From a virus (lineage: Duplodnaviria > Heunggongvirae > Uroviricota > Caudoviricetes), in the IMG/VR virus record IMGVR_UViG_2563366860_000007, positions 1-40,364 of that record: a stretch of 40,364 nt of DNA. One strand, given 5' to 3'. Position numbers and translations under genes: made by a program. The stretch's first letter is position 1. Every line of letters begins with the position of its first letter. Below the pieces are notes generated by a model that saw only the letters and a program-made list of their open reading frames with translations, searched no databases and was not told the origin of the DNA. Positions 27,698-35,770 of this stretch are shown one piece after another.

Positions 27698-28087
27698 TCA
27701 GGCGGCTGCACCCGCCGTTTTCTCGTACTTACTGATAGTGATCTCGACCTTCCCTTCCGGGATAACTGGTCCCCACTCCACCAGCATTCTTTTCACCTGG
27801 CTGTCGTCTTCCCACACACCCGCGTGGGTCAGGGCGTCAAACAGCGCCTTGTTATAGTTGTCCAGATCGCGGATCCGGTTATCCGGAGTAAACAACACGA
27901 TCTCCACTGAAGCAGGTGCCGACGTTGGTTTCGGCAGACGACGTAACTGCTCAACTATTGCTGCGCACGCCGCGCTCTGGAATTTTCGCCCCGCCGAGCT
28001 TATCAGGCTCTTACCAGCAAACGCCCCTTTGTTGGGGTGTCGCCAGTACGTGTTCACGCTGGGCGGAAAAGGCAGGATCAGCTTCAT
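27698..28087 (-). CDS. rusA: Holliday junction resolvase RusA
   Basis: MKLILPFPPSVNTYWRH...RIRDLDNYNKALFDALTHAGVWEDDSQV matches recalled RusA family; start overlaps the upstream gene stop. Confidence 0.9.
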   Translation of the reverse strand: MKLILPFPPSVNTYWRHPNKGAFAGKSLISSAGRKFQSAACAAIVEQLRRLPKPTSAPASVEIVLFTPDNRIRDLDNYNKALFDALTHAGVWEDDSQVKRMLVEWGPVIPEGKVEITISKYEKTAGAAA

Positions 28088-28410
28088 ACTTTCAGGTCCC
28101 TCTCATGTAACCAGTGGGTTGCACGCAGCCTTGCGTTTTCCTCACCGGCAAGCAGTGAGCGGATAATCCCGACCGCTTCGCTGTCGTCGTCCTTCACTGC
28201 GGTATGAAGCGTGATCCCCCGGGCCACACCACGCTTTATCGTGATGACGCCTTTTTTCTCCAGTGCGCGAAGATGCTCCACCGCTGCATTCACTGAACGG
28301 TATCCCAGCATGGTTGCCACCTCCTGATTGGTTGGCGGGAAGCCACGTTCTTTCTGATAAGAAATCAGCATATCCAGCACCTGCTGCTGGCATTGAGTTA
28401 ACGTCGTCAT
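28084..28410 (-). CDS. LexA-like DNA-binding domain protein (no peptidase domain)
   Basis: 108 aa; LTQCQQQVLDMLISYQKERGFPPTNQEVATMLGYRSVNAAVEHLRALEKKGVI resembles the LexA N-terminal winged HTH; no S24 Ser/Lys region. Confidence 0.6.
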   Translation of the reverse strand: MTTLTQCQQQVLDMLISYQKERGFPPTNQEVATMLGYRSVNAAVEHLRALEKKGVITIKRGVARGITLHTAVKDDDSEAVGIIRSLLAGEENARLRATHWLHERDLKV

Positions 28411-29060
28411 GCCGCCATCTCCCTGACCAGTTTTTCTGCCTGCTGGCGAACCTGCGCCAGAAAGGCCTCACCACATGCCTCAAGTTCATCGCGCCCGATG
28501 TAGCTGATTGCCGGTCCCTTCCAGGTCTTGTCGAAAACAGCAATAGCACCAGCGAAGAAAGCGCCTGTCGGTACCTGCTTCTCGTCTTTCGGGATAAACC
28601 AGGCAGGCAGTTCAAAACCAATACGCCCTCGAATAAAAGCAATATGGTCCGCATCTTCCGGCCACCACACTTCGCTGGTGGCAGCTTTGATCAGGAAAAC
28701 ATAGCGCCCCCCCTTATCACGCATGGCACTGGCATGTTTCATGATGTAACGCATGCCGGTGATGTATTGCCCCTCATGCTGACTGGCGCGGCTGTATGGG
28801 GGATTACCAAAGGCAGCCCCTTTAAGCTCCGCAAGACGTTCTGACCAGTCATGCGCCAGCGCGTTGTCTTCCGCCGTGTAATACGCAGCACATTTGGCGT
28901 TATCACCGTCAGTGAACAGATCCAGAACAAACGGGCCAAACAGGGTGTTAATTCCCCAGAAAATGTTGTCCGGCGTGCGCCACTGATCGCCCACTTCCTT
29001 CAGTTCATGGGCTGGTTTGTTCCGCAGTTCCACCAGCGCCTGGCAATATTTATTACTCAT
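28407..29060 (-). CDS. Phage DNA N6-adenine methyltransferase (Dam family)
   Basis: NPPY motif (GNPPYSR); ATG at 29058-29060 (MSNKYCQALVEL...) overlaps the upstream gene stop (TAATG). Confidence 0.8.
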   Translation of the reverse strand: MSNKYCQALVELRNKPAHELKEVGDQWRTPDNIFWGINTLFGPFVLDLFTDGDNAKCAAYYTAEDNALAHDWSERLAELKGAAFGNPPYSRASQHEGQYITGMRYIMKHASAMRDKGGRYVFLIKAATSEVWWPEDADHIAFIRGRIGFELPAWFIPKDEKQVPTGAFFAGAIAVFDKTWKGPAISYIGRDELEACGEAFLAQVRQQAEKLVREMAA

Positions 29061-29554
29061 TAAGCCCCCACGAAATTCCCTGACAGATACCACTCTTCAC
29101 CCGATGCAGCGCGCTTGCTGCTTTTCCGTAAGCACCGCTCACGACGTGCCAGAAAATTGTTTCGTTCTGGCTGGGAGTGGCTTTCACGGAATGCCGCCAT
29201 CCACACCGTTGCAGCACGACGGTATAAGCCCCTGGACTCCAGTTCTTCAGCCTGGCGGGTCAGGCACAAAATCACACGGGGATCGTTAGTGCCGACATAG
29301 AAATTGCGCACAGGTCTGGTTTCACGAACTGGTTGTGGTTCCGGATCCTGCGCTCTCTCAGTCAGGCGTGGGAAATGTCTGCGTGTATCTCCTTCACAAC
29401 GGTGAGCCACACGCCCACTCTGACGTAACTTGCTTGCTGACTGCAGAACGCGCTGCCGTGAGTAACCAGCAAAAGCATCCGCAATGTCTCCGGAAGTACA
29501 CCCCGGATGGGCTTCAATGAATTTCTGAACGTCATTCAAAAGACTCATGATCAC
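29060..29554 (-). CDS. Hypothetical protein, possibly PerC-like regulator; coupled to the replication initiator
   Basis: 164 aa; C-terminal LESRGLYRRAATVWMAAF resembles the recalled PerC-family core; start overlaps the O-like stop (ATGA); sits where lambda P would be but is not P-like. Confidence 0.35.
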   Translation of the reverse strand: MIMSLLNDVQKFIEAHPGCTSGDIADAFAGYSRQRVLQSASKLRQSGRVAHRCEGDTRRHFPRLTERAQDPEPQPVRETRPVRNFYVGTNDPRVILCLTRQAEELESRGLYRRAATVWMAAFRESHSQPERNNFLARRERCLRKSSKRAASGEEWYLSGNFVGA

Positions 29555-30543
29555 CCCCTGAATCCTGCCGGGATCTGGCTGTAGTCCACATTGTCGTAAC
29601 TGGCTTTGAAGTACGGGTCTTCGCGTTTTTCGGTGTACGTGCTTACGGACGGCGATAAGCGCAGGGAAAGCTCATCCCATTTTTCCCGCAGCTTCGACGG
29701 GCTGAGCACGTTACGGCACCAGAACGGATCGCGGCTGACGCGGCTGTACATCTCGCAGATTTGTTTGTGAGTACGACCATCCTGCACACACATCAGGCGA
29801 ATTTCGTTTGCCCATGCTGTCCAGTTCGGTTCTTTGGGACGAACCACCTCGCCGTCACATTCGGCGGCCTGCTCGTACAGGGCGATGATTTTTTTCCAGA
29901 GCCACTGTGCGCAGGTCAAATCATCCTGCGTTCCCCACTGGCGCTTTTTAGGGCTGAATACAACCGCATCAGGATGGCGAGTTAAAAACTCCTGTTCAGC
30001 CGTTTGCGTGTCCGGTTGCGAAGCGTCCGGACGAGAAGAGGTTTTATTCTCTGTAGTAATCTCTGTTGTATTCTCTGTAAGATCATTGGGCCATTTTGAC
30101 CCGATGACAGCGTGTCGTTTTGAACCAATGGATCGTGTCATTTTGCGCCCATCCATCAGGTCACTTTGACCCGATGGAGAAGTGCATTTTGACCTGATGG
30201 ATTCGTTCACTTTGACCTCTTCTAAAAGCTCACTTTCATAGTTGATCGTGTAGAAGTTGGTCATGTCACGCTTCGATTTATTGAGTTGCTCGCGACGCAA
30301 AACCCCAAGTGATTTCAGGCTTGCAAATGTGCGTTTCAGAGTGGACTCTGACCAGAACGGAAACTGCTCCAGCCACTGTTCTGTCGTGTTATAAACCCAG
30401 CGAATTCCGCCATGCTCAGTGCCTGAATTCGTTTCATTCAGCCAGTAATGAAGCTGCTGCAACACAATTGCCTCATTCAGACCAATACGGCATGCAAGAT
30501 CACGATTTATCACAATGGGCTGGGATGTCATTAACAGGCTCAT
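29551..30543 (-). CDS. Replication initiation protein (lambda O-like role) containing the origin iterons
   Basis: 330 aa; an iteron array lies inside the coding sequence as in lambda O; family membership not resolved. Confidence 0.6.
   Translation of the reverse strand: MSLLMTSQPIVINRDLACRIGLNEAIVLQQLHYWLNETNSGTEHGGIRWVYNTTEQWLEQFPFWSESTLKRTFASLKSLGVLRREQLNKSKRDMTNFYTINYESELLEEVKVNESIRSKCTSPSGQSDLMDGRKMTRSIGSKRHAVIGSKWPNDLTENTTEITTENKTSSRPDASQPDTQTAEQEFLTRHPDAVVFSPKKRQWGTQDDLTCAQWLWKKIIALYEQAAECDGEVVRPKEPNWTAWANEIRLMCVQDGRTHKQICEMYSRVSRDPFWCRNVLSPSKLREKWDELSLRLSPSVSTYTEKREDPYFKASYDNVDYSQIPAGFRG
30091..30215. repeat. Origin-of-replication iterons inside the initiator gene
   Basis: Five to six direct repeats of about 22-23 bp with core (C/T)ATTTTGACC(C/T)GATGG, for example CCATTTTGACCCGATGACAG, TCACTTTGACCCGATGGAGA, TGCATTTTGACCTGATGGATT. 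Confidence 0.65.
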
Positions 30544-30712
30544 GACCGACCTCTATTTCCCTGAATTTACGACGAAACTGTTCGAGCGGACTGAAGCATT
30601 CATGTTCATAGCCTTCACGGAGGTAGATAACCCGTTGTGTTTCCGGCTCCCAACGAATGACTCTGACGGGCACTCCGTAGTGATCTTTGAACCAGCGGTT
30701 AACTTGTCGCAA
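30500..30712 (-). CDS. Possible small protein (70 aa, TTG start) upstream of the initiator
   Basis: TTG start with GGAG 7 nt upstream; translation [40 protein letters not shown]... looks protein-like; overlaps ORF 30553..30891 in another frame. Confidence 0.35.
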   Translation of the reverse strand: MRQVNRWFKDHYGVPVRVIRWEPETQRVIYLREGYEHECFSPLEQFRRKFREIEVGHEPVNDIPAHCDKS

Positions 30713-30891
30713 AGGACTGTCTCCTTCTGCCGGTTGAAATCACCCACAGCCCACTCTGCAAAGCTGTGGGTTACAATTTCCCTGTCACCTGGTACATTCA
30801 CTGCATAGCAATACTCCACCTTCGCTTTTCCACCCGGCACAGGAAGCGCAATCAGTTGCGAGCGACGGTAGTGTGTTGTTAAACTGTTCAT
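30553..30891 (-). CDS. Hypothetical ORF coupled to the CII-like gene (112 aa)
   Basis: ATG overlaps the upstream stop (ATGA); N-terminal part plausible, C-terminal part low-complexity; contains the CCCACAGC...GCTGTGGG palindrome. Confidence 0.3.
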   Translation of the reverse strand: MNSLTTHYRRSQLIALPVPGGKAKVEYCYAVNVPGDREIVTHSFAEWAVGDFNRQKETVLCDKLTAGSKITTECPSESFVGSRKHNGLSTSVKAMNMNASVRSNSFVVNSGK

Positions 30892-31529
30892 GCGTTAGTT
30901 TCTCCACAACCAGAAGCAATCGACGCCACGACGCCCGGAGCTGCACACTCGCGGGCGTTACTCTTTTCCGGCGCACAAAAAACACGAAATAACAGTGTTA
31001 AATGCTCCTGCCACTTCGCCATTACTTGGTAGCTGTTCTCTTCGATTTGCTCACGCTCAGCTTGGTCAATAACTCCATCAGCAGTTGCCTTGCGTAAGTA
31101 CTGGGAATGCTTGCCAATCCATTCTATTGACTCCATCAGCCGCTGATTAATGTCACCATTGTCAATGTCATCAATGACCACCAGCGGCACAAACACCCCA
31201 TTACTACGACGGGCTATTGCATCCGTTACATGCCTGGTACCACTGGCATCCTGTAAAACCATGGCCCACTCAAGTGGAAAAATTTGATCCCCACCGCTAC
31301 GCAGTCTGTTATGCAATTGATCTTTTGCTGGGGTGATATCATCAGATTTATACAAACCAAGAATTTCTGCTGCTTCCTCATAGCCATGAGGTAAATCAGC
31401 AATCGTTCTTCGTATTGCTGCCACCAGCCATGCTGGTTGCTTATCAACTTTCCATTCAGGTTCTTTACCCACGTTTAAGCCCTCATATCTGTGGTTTCTG
31501 TAAATCGATTTATCCATTAGATTTTTCAT
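30888..31529 (-). CDS. CII-like / YdaT-like regulatory protein (start uncertain)
   Basis: Second gene of the rightward early operon after the Cro-like gene; ATG candidates at 31529 and 31517, the track start at 31586 is GTG; family by position and weak recall. Confidence 0.45.
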   Translation of the reverse strand: MKNLMDKSIYRNHRYEGLNVGKEPEWKVDKQPAWLVAAIRRTIADLPHGYEEAAEILGLYKSDDITPAKDQLHNRLRSGGDQIFPLEWAMVLQDASGTRHVTDAIARRSNGVFVPLVVIDDIDNGDINQRLMESIEWIGKHSQYLRKATADGVIDQAEREQIEENSYQVMAKWQEHLTLLFRVFCAPEKSNARECAAPGVVASIASGCGETNA

Positions 31530-31710
31530 AAAGCTCAGGTTTAAATGGCAACCGTCCGCAAGTTCTATATGCAGCCTCTGCTGCACGTCCTTTTGGAATT
31601 AACTGGCCAGGACGGTTTCGCCACTGATAAACGGCTTCAGTTGTTATGCCGAAAAAAGCAGCAACTTTCTCAATGCTGCCGAAGTAGCTTTCGATATCGT
31701 CAGTCGTCAT
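31510..31710 (-). CDS. cro: Cro-like repressor (YdaS-like HTH)
   Basis: 66 aa; FFGITTEAVYQWRNRPGQLIPKGRAAE resembles YdaS/Cro-type HTH proteins; divergent from the CI gene. Confidence 0.7.
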   Translation of the reverse strand: MTTDDIESYFGSIEKVAAFFGITTEAVYQWRNRPGQLIPKGRAAEAAYRTCGRLPFKPELYEKSNG

Positions 31711-31807
31711 ATGCCCTCCAAACTAAGTTTTATTAGATGTTAATTATCAATCTATCTTAGGTCAATAAAAACTAAGATTACTTAGTAATTAAAGAAATGG
31801 TGCTCCT
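31711..31807. promoter_or_regulatory. Divergent immunity-region promoters with operator sites (OR-like)
   Basis: 97-bp intergenic region between cro-like and cI starts with repeated half-sites ACTAAG / CTTAGT: perfect inverted repeat ACTAAGATTACTTAGT at 31771..31786, ACTAAG at 31722, CTTAG at 31756. Confidence 0.6.
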
Positions 31808-32434
31808 ATGGAAACGGTTGGTCAGCGTATAAAAGCTCTGAGAAGAGTTACCAGAACGTCCCAGAAAGAATTGGGTAAATTTTGTGGAGTAAGTGACGTT
31901 GCTGTGGGGTACTGGGAGAAAGACATCAATGTCCCTGGTGGGGAAGCACTTTCAAAATTAGCGAAGTTCTTCAATACGTCAATAGATTACATTCTTTATG
32001 GTGCGGAGTTTGAAGGCAAACTCGTCACAAACATGCGCAGAGTTCCTGTAATCTCGTGGGTTCAGGCTGGGCAGTTTACTGAGTGCAGGACAGCAGAAGT
32101 GTTTAGTGAAGTAGACAAGTGGGTAGATACATCATTAAAGATTGGTGATAACTCATTTGCATTGGAGGTTAAAGGCGACTCCATGACTAACCCTAACGGC
32201 CTCCCAACAATACCAGAAGGCGCAACAGTGATTGTAGATCCTGATGCAGAACCCCGGCATGGAAAAATAGTCATCGCTAGACTTGATGGAACAAACGAAG
32301 CCACAGTAAAAAAATTAGTTATCGATGGCCCTCAAAAGTTTTTAGTGCCATTAAATCCCCGGTACCCCAACATCCCGATCAATGGTAATTGCCTCATCAT
32401 TGGTGTAGTCAAAGGAGTTCAATACGAACTCTAG
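31808..32434 (+). CDS. cI: CI-type prophage repressor (HTH plus S24 LexA-like peptidase domain)
   Basis: N-terminal HTH (QRIKALRRVTRTSQKELGKFCGVSDVAVGYWE) and C-terminal autocleavage domain with GDSM Ser and downstream KK. Confidence 0.9.
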   Translation: METVGQRIKALRRVTRTSQKELGKFCGVSDVAVGYWEKDINVPGGEALSKLAKFFNTSIDYILYGAEFEGKLVTNMRRVPVISWVQAGQFTECRTAEVFSEVDKWVDTSLKIGDNSFALEVKGDSMTNPNGLPTIPEGATVIVDPDAEPRHGKIVIARLDGTNEATVKKLVIDGPQKFLVPLNPRYPNIPINGNCLIIGVVKGVQYEL

Positions 32435-32453
32435 CCCCCCCTTTTCTCTAACC

Positions 32454-32490
32454 AAAACACCGAACTAAGAAAAGTTTGGTGTTTTCTCTT
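32454..32490 (+). terminator. Hairpin plus T-rich tract downstream of cI, flanked by operator-like half-sites
   Basis: AAAACACC-N16-GGTGTTTT followed by CTCTT; ACTAAG half-sites at 32463 and 32500 (same motif as in OR). Confidence 0.35.
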
Positions 32491-32790
32491 GCCATTAAAA
32501 CTAAGTTAAGTTAGATTTTATATCAAAGATAACGAACAGGCAGGACGCCCACGAAGTAGCCGCCTGGGGCATATGAAGTCCAGGATGATTCGTTAGTACC
32601 AAAAAAGCGCCCTACCGGACGCTTCGCTCTTTAAAAATCAGTAACCCTCACTTTGGGCCTGGATCTGGTGGCCTGGGACGAGGTGGAATATGAAAAGGCT
32701 CTATTGGTCGACTCATTATCCAATCCTATTATGTCTCATTTCTTCGGTTTCGGTGGTTTCGGCTTCGGAGGTACATGTCCGTGAACTGGA

Positions 32791-33285
32791 TTATGCTTGT
32801 TGGTCATCATTAATATCCGTTAGTTCATTCTCTAGAGGTAGATCTCCCGCACACCAAGCTATAAATTTTTCTTTGGTTGTTAAATCGTACTTAGTTGGAA
32901 CACCAGCAAAAATACAGGCCCGAATGAAAGCCGCTCGTTCAAGTGATTTCCATGGATTACTATCAGTATCTTGGATTTTTAAATACCTAGCTTGCAACTG
33001 ATCTTCAGGAAGGGTATCAGACTCAATCAGCAGTCTTTTGTAATGCCTCGCTTGCTCTTTAGACATTCCAGCCTCTTGGCCAAACTGATAGACCAACTGA
33101 AGAACCGAAAGTACGGCAACAAACAAACCGAAAATAAATAAATTACTGTACGGGGCGAAAACTGAAAAACCGAGAACGATTAACATCAACGTTATTAATT
33201 TATCAATGCGAGTTAACAACGTGTAATTCATCTTCTCCAATACATAAGAGTAGTGAACATAAAATTTATAATCGTCTCTGGTCAT
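32791..33285 (-). CDS. SieB-like membrane protein (candidate superinfection exclusion / abortive infection), AT-rich moron
   Basis: 164 aa; two adjacent TM helices (LITLMLIVLGFSVFAPY, LFIFGLFVAVLSVLQLVY) then a charged soluble C-terminus; antisense to the flanking early-left genes, as recalled for sieB in the Rac prophage; visibly AT-rich. Confidence 0.5.
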   Translation of the reverse strand: MTRDDYKFYVHYSYVLEKMNYTLLTRIDKLITLMLIVLGFSVFAPYSNLFIFGLFVAVLSVLQLVYQFGQEAGMSKEQARHYKRLLIESDTLPEDQLQARYLKIQDTDSNPWKSLERAAFIRACIFAGVPTKYDLTTKEKFIAWCAGDLPLENELTDINDDQQA

Positions 33286-33670
33286 ATTAGTCTCAGTTTT
33301 CCTTGGGTGGTTTTGGAGGAACTGGAGGCTTTTGTCTTAACGGCACATGCCTCTCCTCATACTTATCTACACATAGATCCATATAAATCCTTATCGTTGT
33401 TGGGGAGGGTTACATAATAACCAAATCCTTGTTGTTGGGGAATAACCAGGTCCACCTCGCCTGATGTGGCTAAAAGCAGGCACATAACAGCTAAGTATTT
33501 TCAACCAGAGAGAATCCTTAGCGTTGTGGTGAATGCGCAGGCTGATGCGCGAAAGACATTGCAGCTATTGCGGAAAAGAGCTGTTCGGCGGGGCAATTAA
33601 ACGCCCGTGAGAGTCTGAAATAACCGCAAGCCGGAGATCAGCACCGGTCACCACAACAGCCACTGCTTTG

Positions 33671-33718
33671 GCGGTACCAGTTTGTACACTTGCTTCCGGC
33701 TGGTACCGCTCTTTTTAC
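33671..33718 (+). terminator. Strong rho-independent terminator upstream of the early-left gene cluster
   Basis: GCGGTACCAG-N19-CTGGTACCGC (10-bp perfect stem) followed by TCTTTTTAC on the plus strand. Confidence 0.5.
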
Positions 33719-33853
33719 AAAACAGAGAAGAGCATCACCGGACGACGGGCTCATAACCCAATCCATCCGGGCGGCTGCCACCGCAGGTGTTCTTCTCTGT
33801 TTTGTGGAGAAACCAACCGACCTTGCAGGGTCGATATGATGAGGAGCAGCAAA

Positions 33854-34216
33854 ATGGCTAGCGAACGCAGTACTGATGTGCAGGCATTTATCGGGGAGCT
33901 GGACGGCGGCGTATTTGAAACCAAAATCGGCGCAGTTCTCAGTGAAGTCGCTTCCGGTGTGATGAACACGAAAACCAAAGGTAAGGTCTCGCTCAACCTG
34001 GAAATCGAACCGTTTGATGAGAACCGTGTGAAAATCAAACACAAACTCTCATATGTTCGCCCGACTAACCGCGGGAAAATTTCTGAAGAAGACACCACCG
34101 AAACGCCGATGTATGTCAATCGCGGTGGTCGCCTGACTATTCTGCAGGAAGACCAGGGACAATTACTGACTCTTGCCGGTGAACCTGACGGAAAACTCCG
34201 CGCAGCAGGTCATTAA
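33854..34216 (+). CDS. YfdP-like hypothetical protein (120 aa)
   Basis: ATG at 33854 preceded by GAGGAG; size and following gene order match recalled CPS-53 yfdP-yfdQ-yfdR-yfdS; the track ORF start at 33668 runs through the terminator and is rejected. Confidence 0.5.
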   Translation: MASERSTDVQAFIGELDGGVFETKIGAVLSEVASGVMNTKTKGKVSLNLEIEPFDENRVKIKHKLSYVRPTNRGKISEEDTTETPMYVNRGGRLTILQEDQGQLLTLAGEPDGKLRAAGH

Positions 34217-34281
34217 TATCGTTCTTAATTAACTGATTATTTATCTCATCACTGAATATCTTAATATAGTGAGGACTTATT

Positions 34282-35106
34282 ATGTCTCAGAACTTAGACG
34301 CAACCGCAATTAATCAAATCCATGCCCTTATTTCTGCTCAGGGTGTTAATGAAATTATCAGTAAGATTGGTGCCGATGCTGTGGCATTGCCTGAGAATTT
34401 CCGCATTCATGATCTGGAAAAATTTAATTTAAATCGCTTCCGTTTCCGTGGTGCGCTTTCCACTGCCAGCATCGATGACTTTACCCGTTATTCTAAAGAT
34501 CTTGCAGATGAAGGCACCCGCTGCTTTATCGATGCTGATAATATGCGTGCCGTCAGTGTGCTTAACCTGGGTACTATTGATGAACCAGGTCACGCAGATA
34601 ACACCGCCACTCTCAAACTGAAAAAGACAGCACCGTTCTCTGCCCTGTTGTCTGTTAACGGCGAGCGTAACTCCCAGAAATCACTGGCAGAATGGATTGA
34701 AGACTGGGCCGACTACCTTGTGGGCTTTGATGCTAATGGTGACGCCATTCAGGCAACAAAAGCGGCTGCGGCAATCCGTAAAATCACGATTGAAGCAAAC
34801 CAGACCGCTGATTTTGAAGATAATGACTTCAGCGGCAAACGCTCCCTGATGGAATCTGTCGAAGCGAAGACCAAAGACATTATGCCAGTGGCATTTGAAT
34901 TTAAATGCGTTCCGTTTGAAGGTCTGAAAGAACGTCCGTTTAAATTACGCCTCAGCATTATCACTGGCGATCGTCCTGTACTGGTTCTGCGCATTATTCA
35001 GCTGGAAGCGGTGCAGGAAGATATGGCTAACGAATTTCGTGATCTGCTTGTTGAGAAATTCAAAGACAGCAAAGTAGAAACCTTTATTGGTACTTTCACC
35101 GCCTGA
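34282..35106 (+). CDS. YfdQ-like protein (DUF2303 family)
   Basis: 274 aa, same length and position as recalled CPS-53 YfdQ. Confidence 0.6.
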
Positions 35107-35233
35107 TTTCATTACTGCAAATGCCCCTGCGGGGGCATTTATGGAAACGTAATTAACTCAATAATCACCGGATGGTGAGGGCTTCCTTTTACCCAAATTC
35201 AGCGCGGTGCAGCGCATATACGTGGAGAACAAA

Positions 35234-35770
35234 ATGTCATTTATTAAAACTTTTTCCGGGAAGCATTTTTATTATGACAAGATAAATAAAGATGACATCG
35301 TTATTAACGATATCGCGGTTTCCCTTTCAAATATCTGTCGCTTTGCCGGTCATCTTTCTCACTTCTACAGCGTCGCCCAACATGCGGTGCTTTGCAGCCA
35401 GCTGGTGCCGCAGGAATTTGCTTTTGAAGCGTTAATGCATGATGCAACAGAAGCGTATTGCCAGGACATCCCAGCTCCACTGAAACGCCTTCTTCCTGAC
35501 TATAAACGGATGGAAGAAAAAATAGACGCCGTAATCCGTGAGAAATACGGGTTACCTCCTGTTATGAGCACGCCAGTGAAATATGCCGATCTCATTATGC
35601 TGGCAACCGAACGTCGCGATCTCGGGCTTGATGATGGCTCTTTCTGGCCTGTACTGGAAGGTATCCCGGCGACAGAGATGTTCAAAGTTATTCCACTGTC
35701 ACCAGGCCATGCCTACGGGATGTTTATGGAACGTTTTAACGAGTTATCGGAGTTACGCAAATGCGCATGA
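35234..35770 (+). CDS. yfdR: HD-domain 5'-deoxynucleotidase (YfdR-like)
   Basis: ATG at 35234 (MSFIKTFSGKHFYYDKINKDD...) with GGAGA upstream; HD motifs VAQHAV and LMHDATEAY; near-identity to recalled E. coli YfdR. Confidence 0.8.
   Translation: MSFIKTFSGKHFYYDKINKDDIVINDIAVSLSNICRFAGHLSHFYSVAQHAVLCSQLVPQEFAFEALMHDATEAYCQDIPAPLKRLLPDYKRMEEKIDAVIREKYGLPPVMSTPVKYADLIMLATERRDLGLDDGSFWPVLEGIPATEMFKVIPLSPGHAYGMFMERFNELSELRKCA

Noticed and set aside
28142-28654. 170-aa minus-strand ORF
   Set aside because: Alternative frame overlapping the LexA-DBD-like and Dam genes, which have recognisable motifs; Arg/Ser-rich low complexity.
30091-30215. Possible CRISPR array
   Set aside because: Repeats are ~22 bp, irregular, have no spacer structure and lie inside a replication initiator gene; they are origin iterons.
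33668-34216. Longer 182-aa version of the YfdP-like ORF
   Set aside because: The 5' extension runs through the strong terminator hairpin and has no SD; the internal ATG at 33854 with GAGGAG is preferred.
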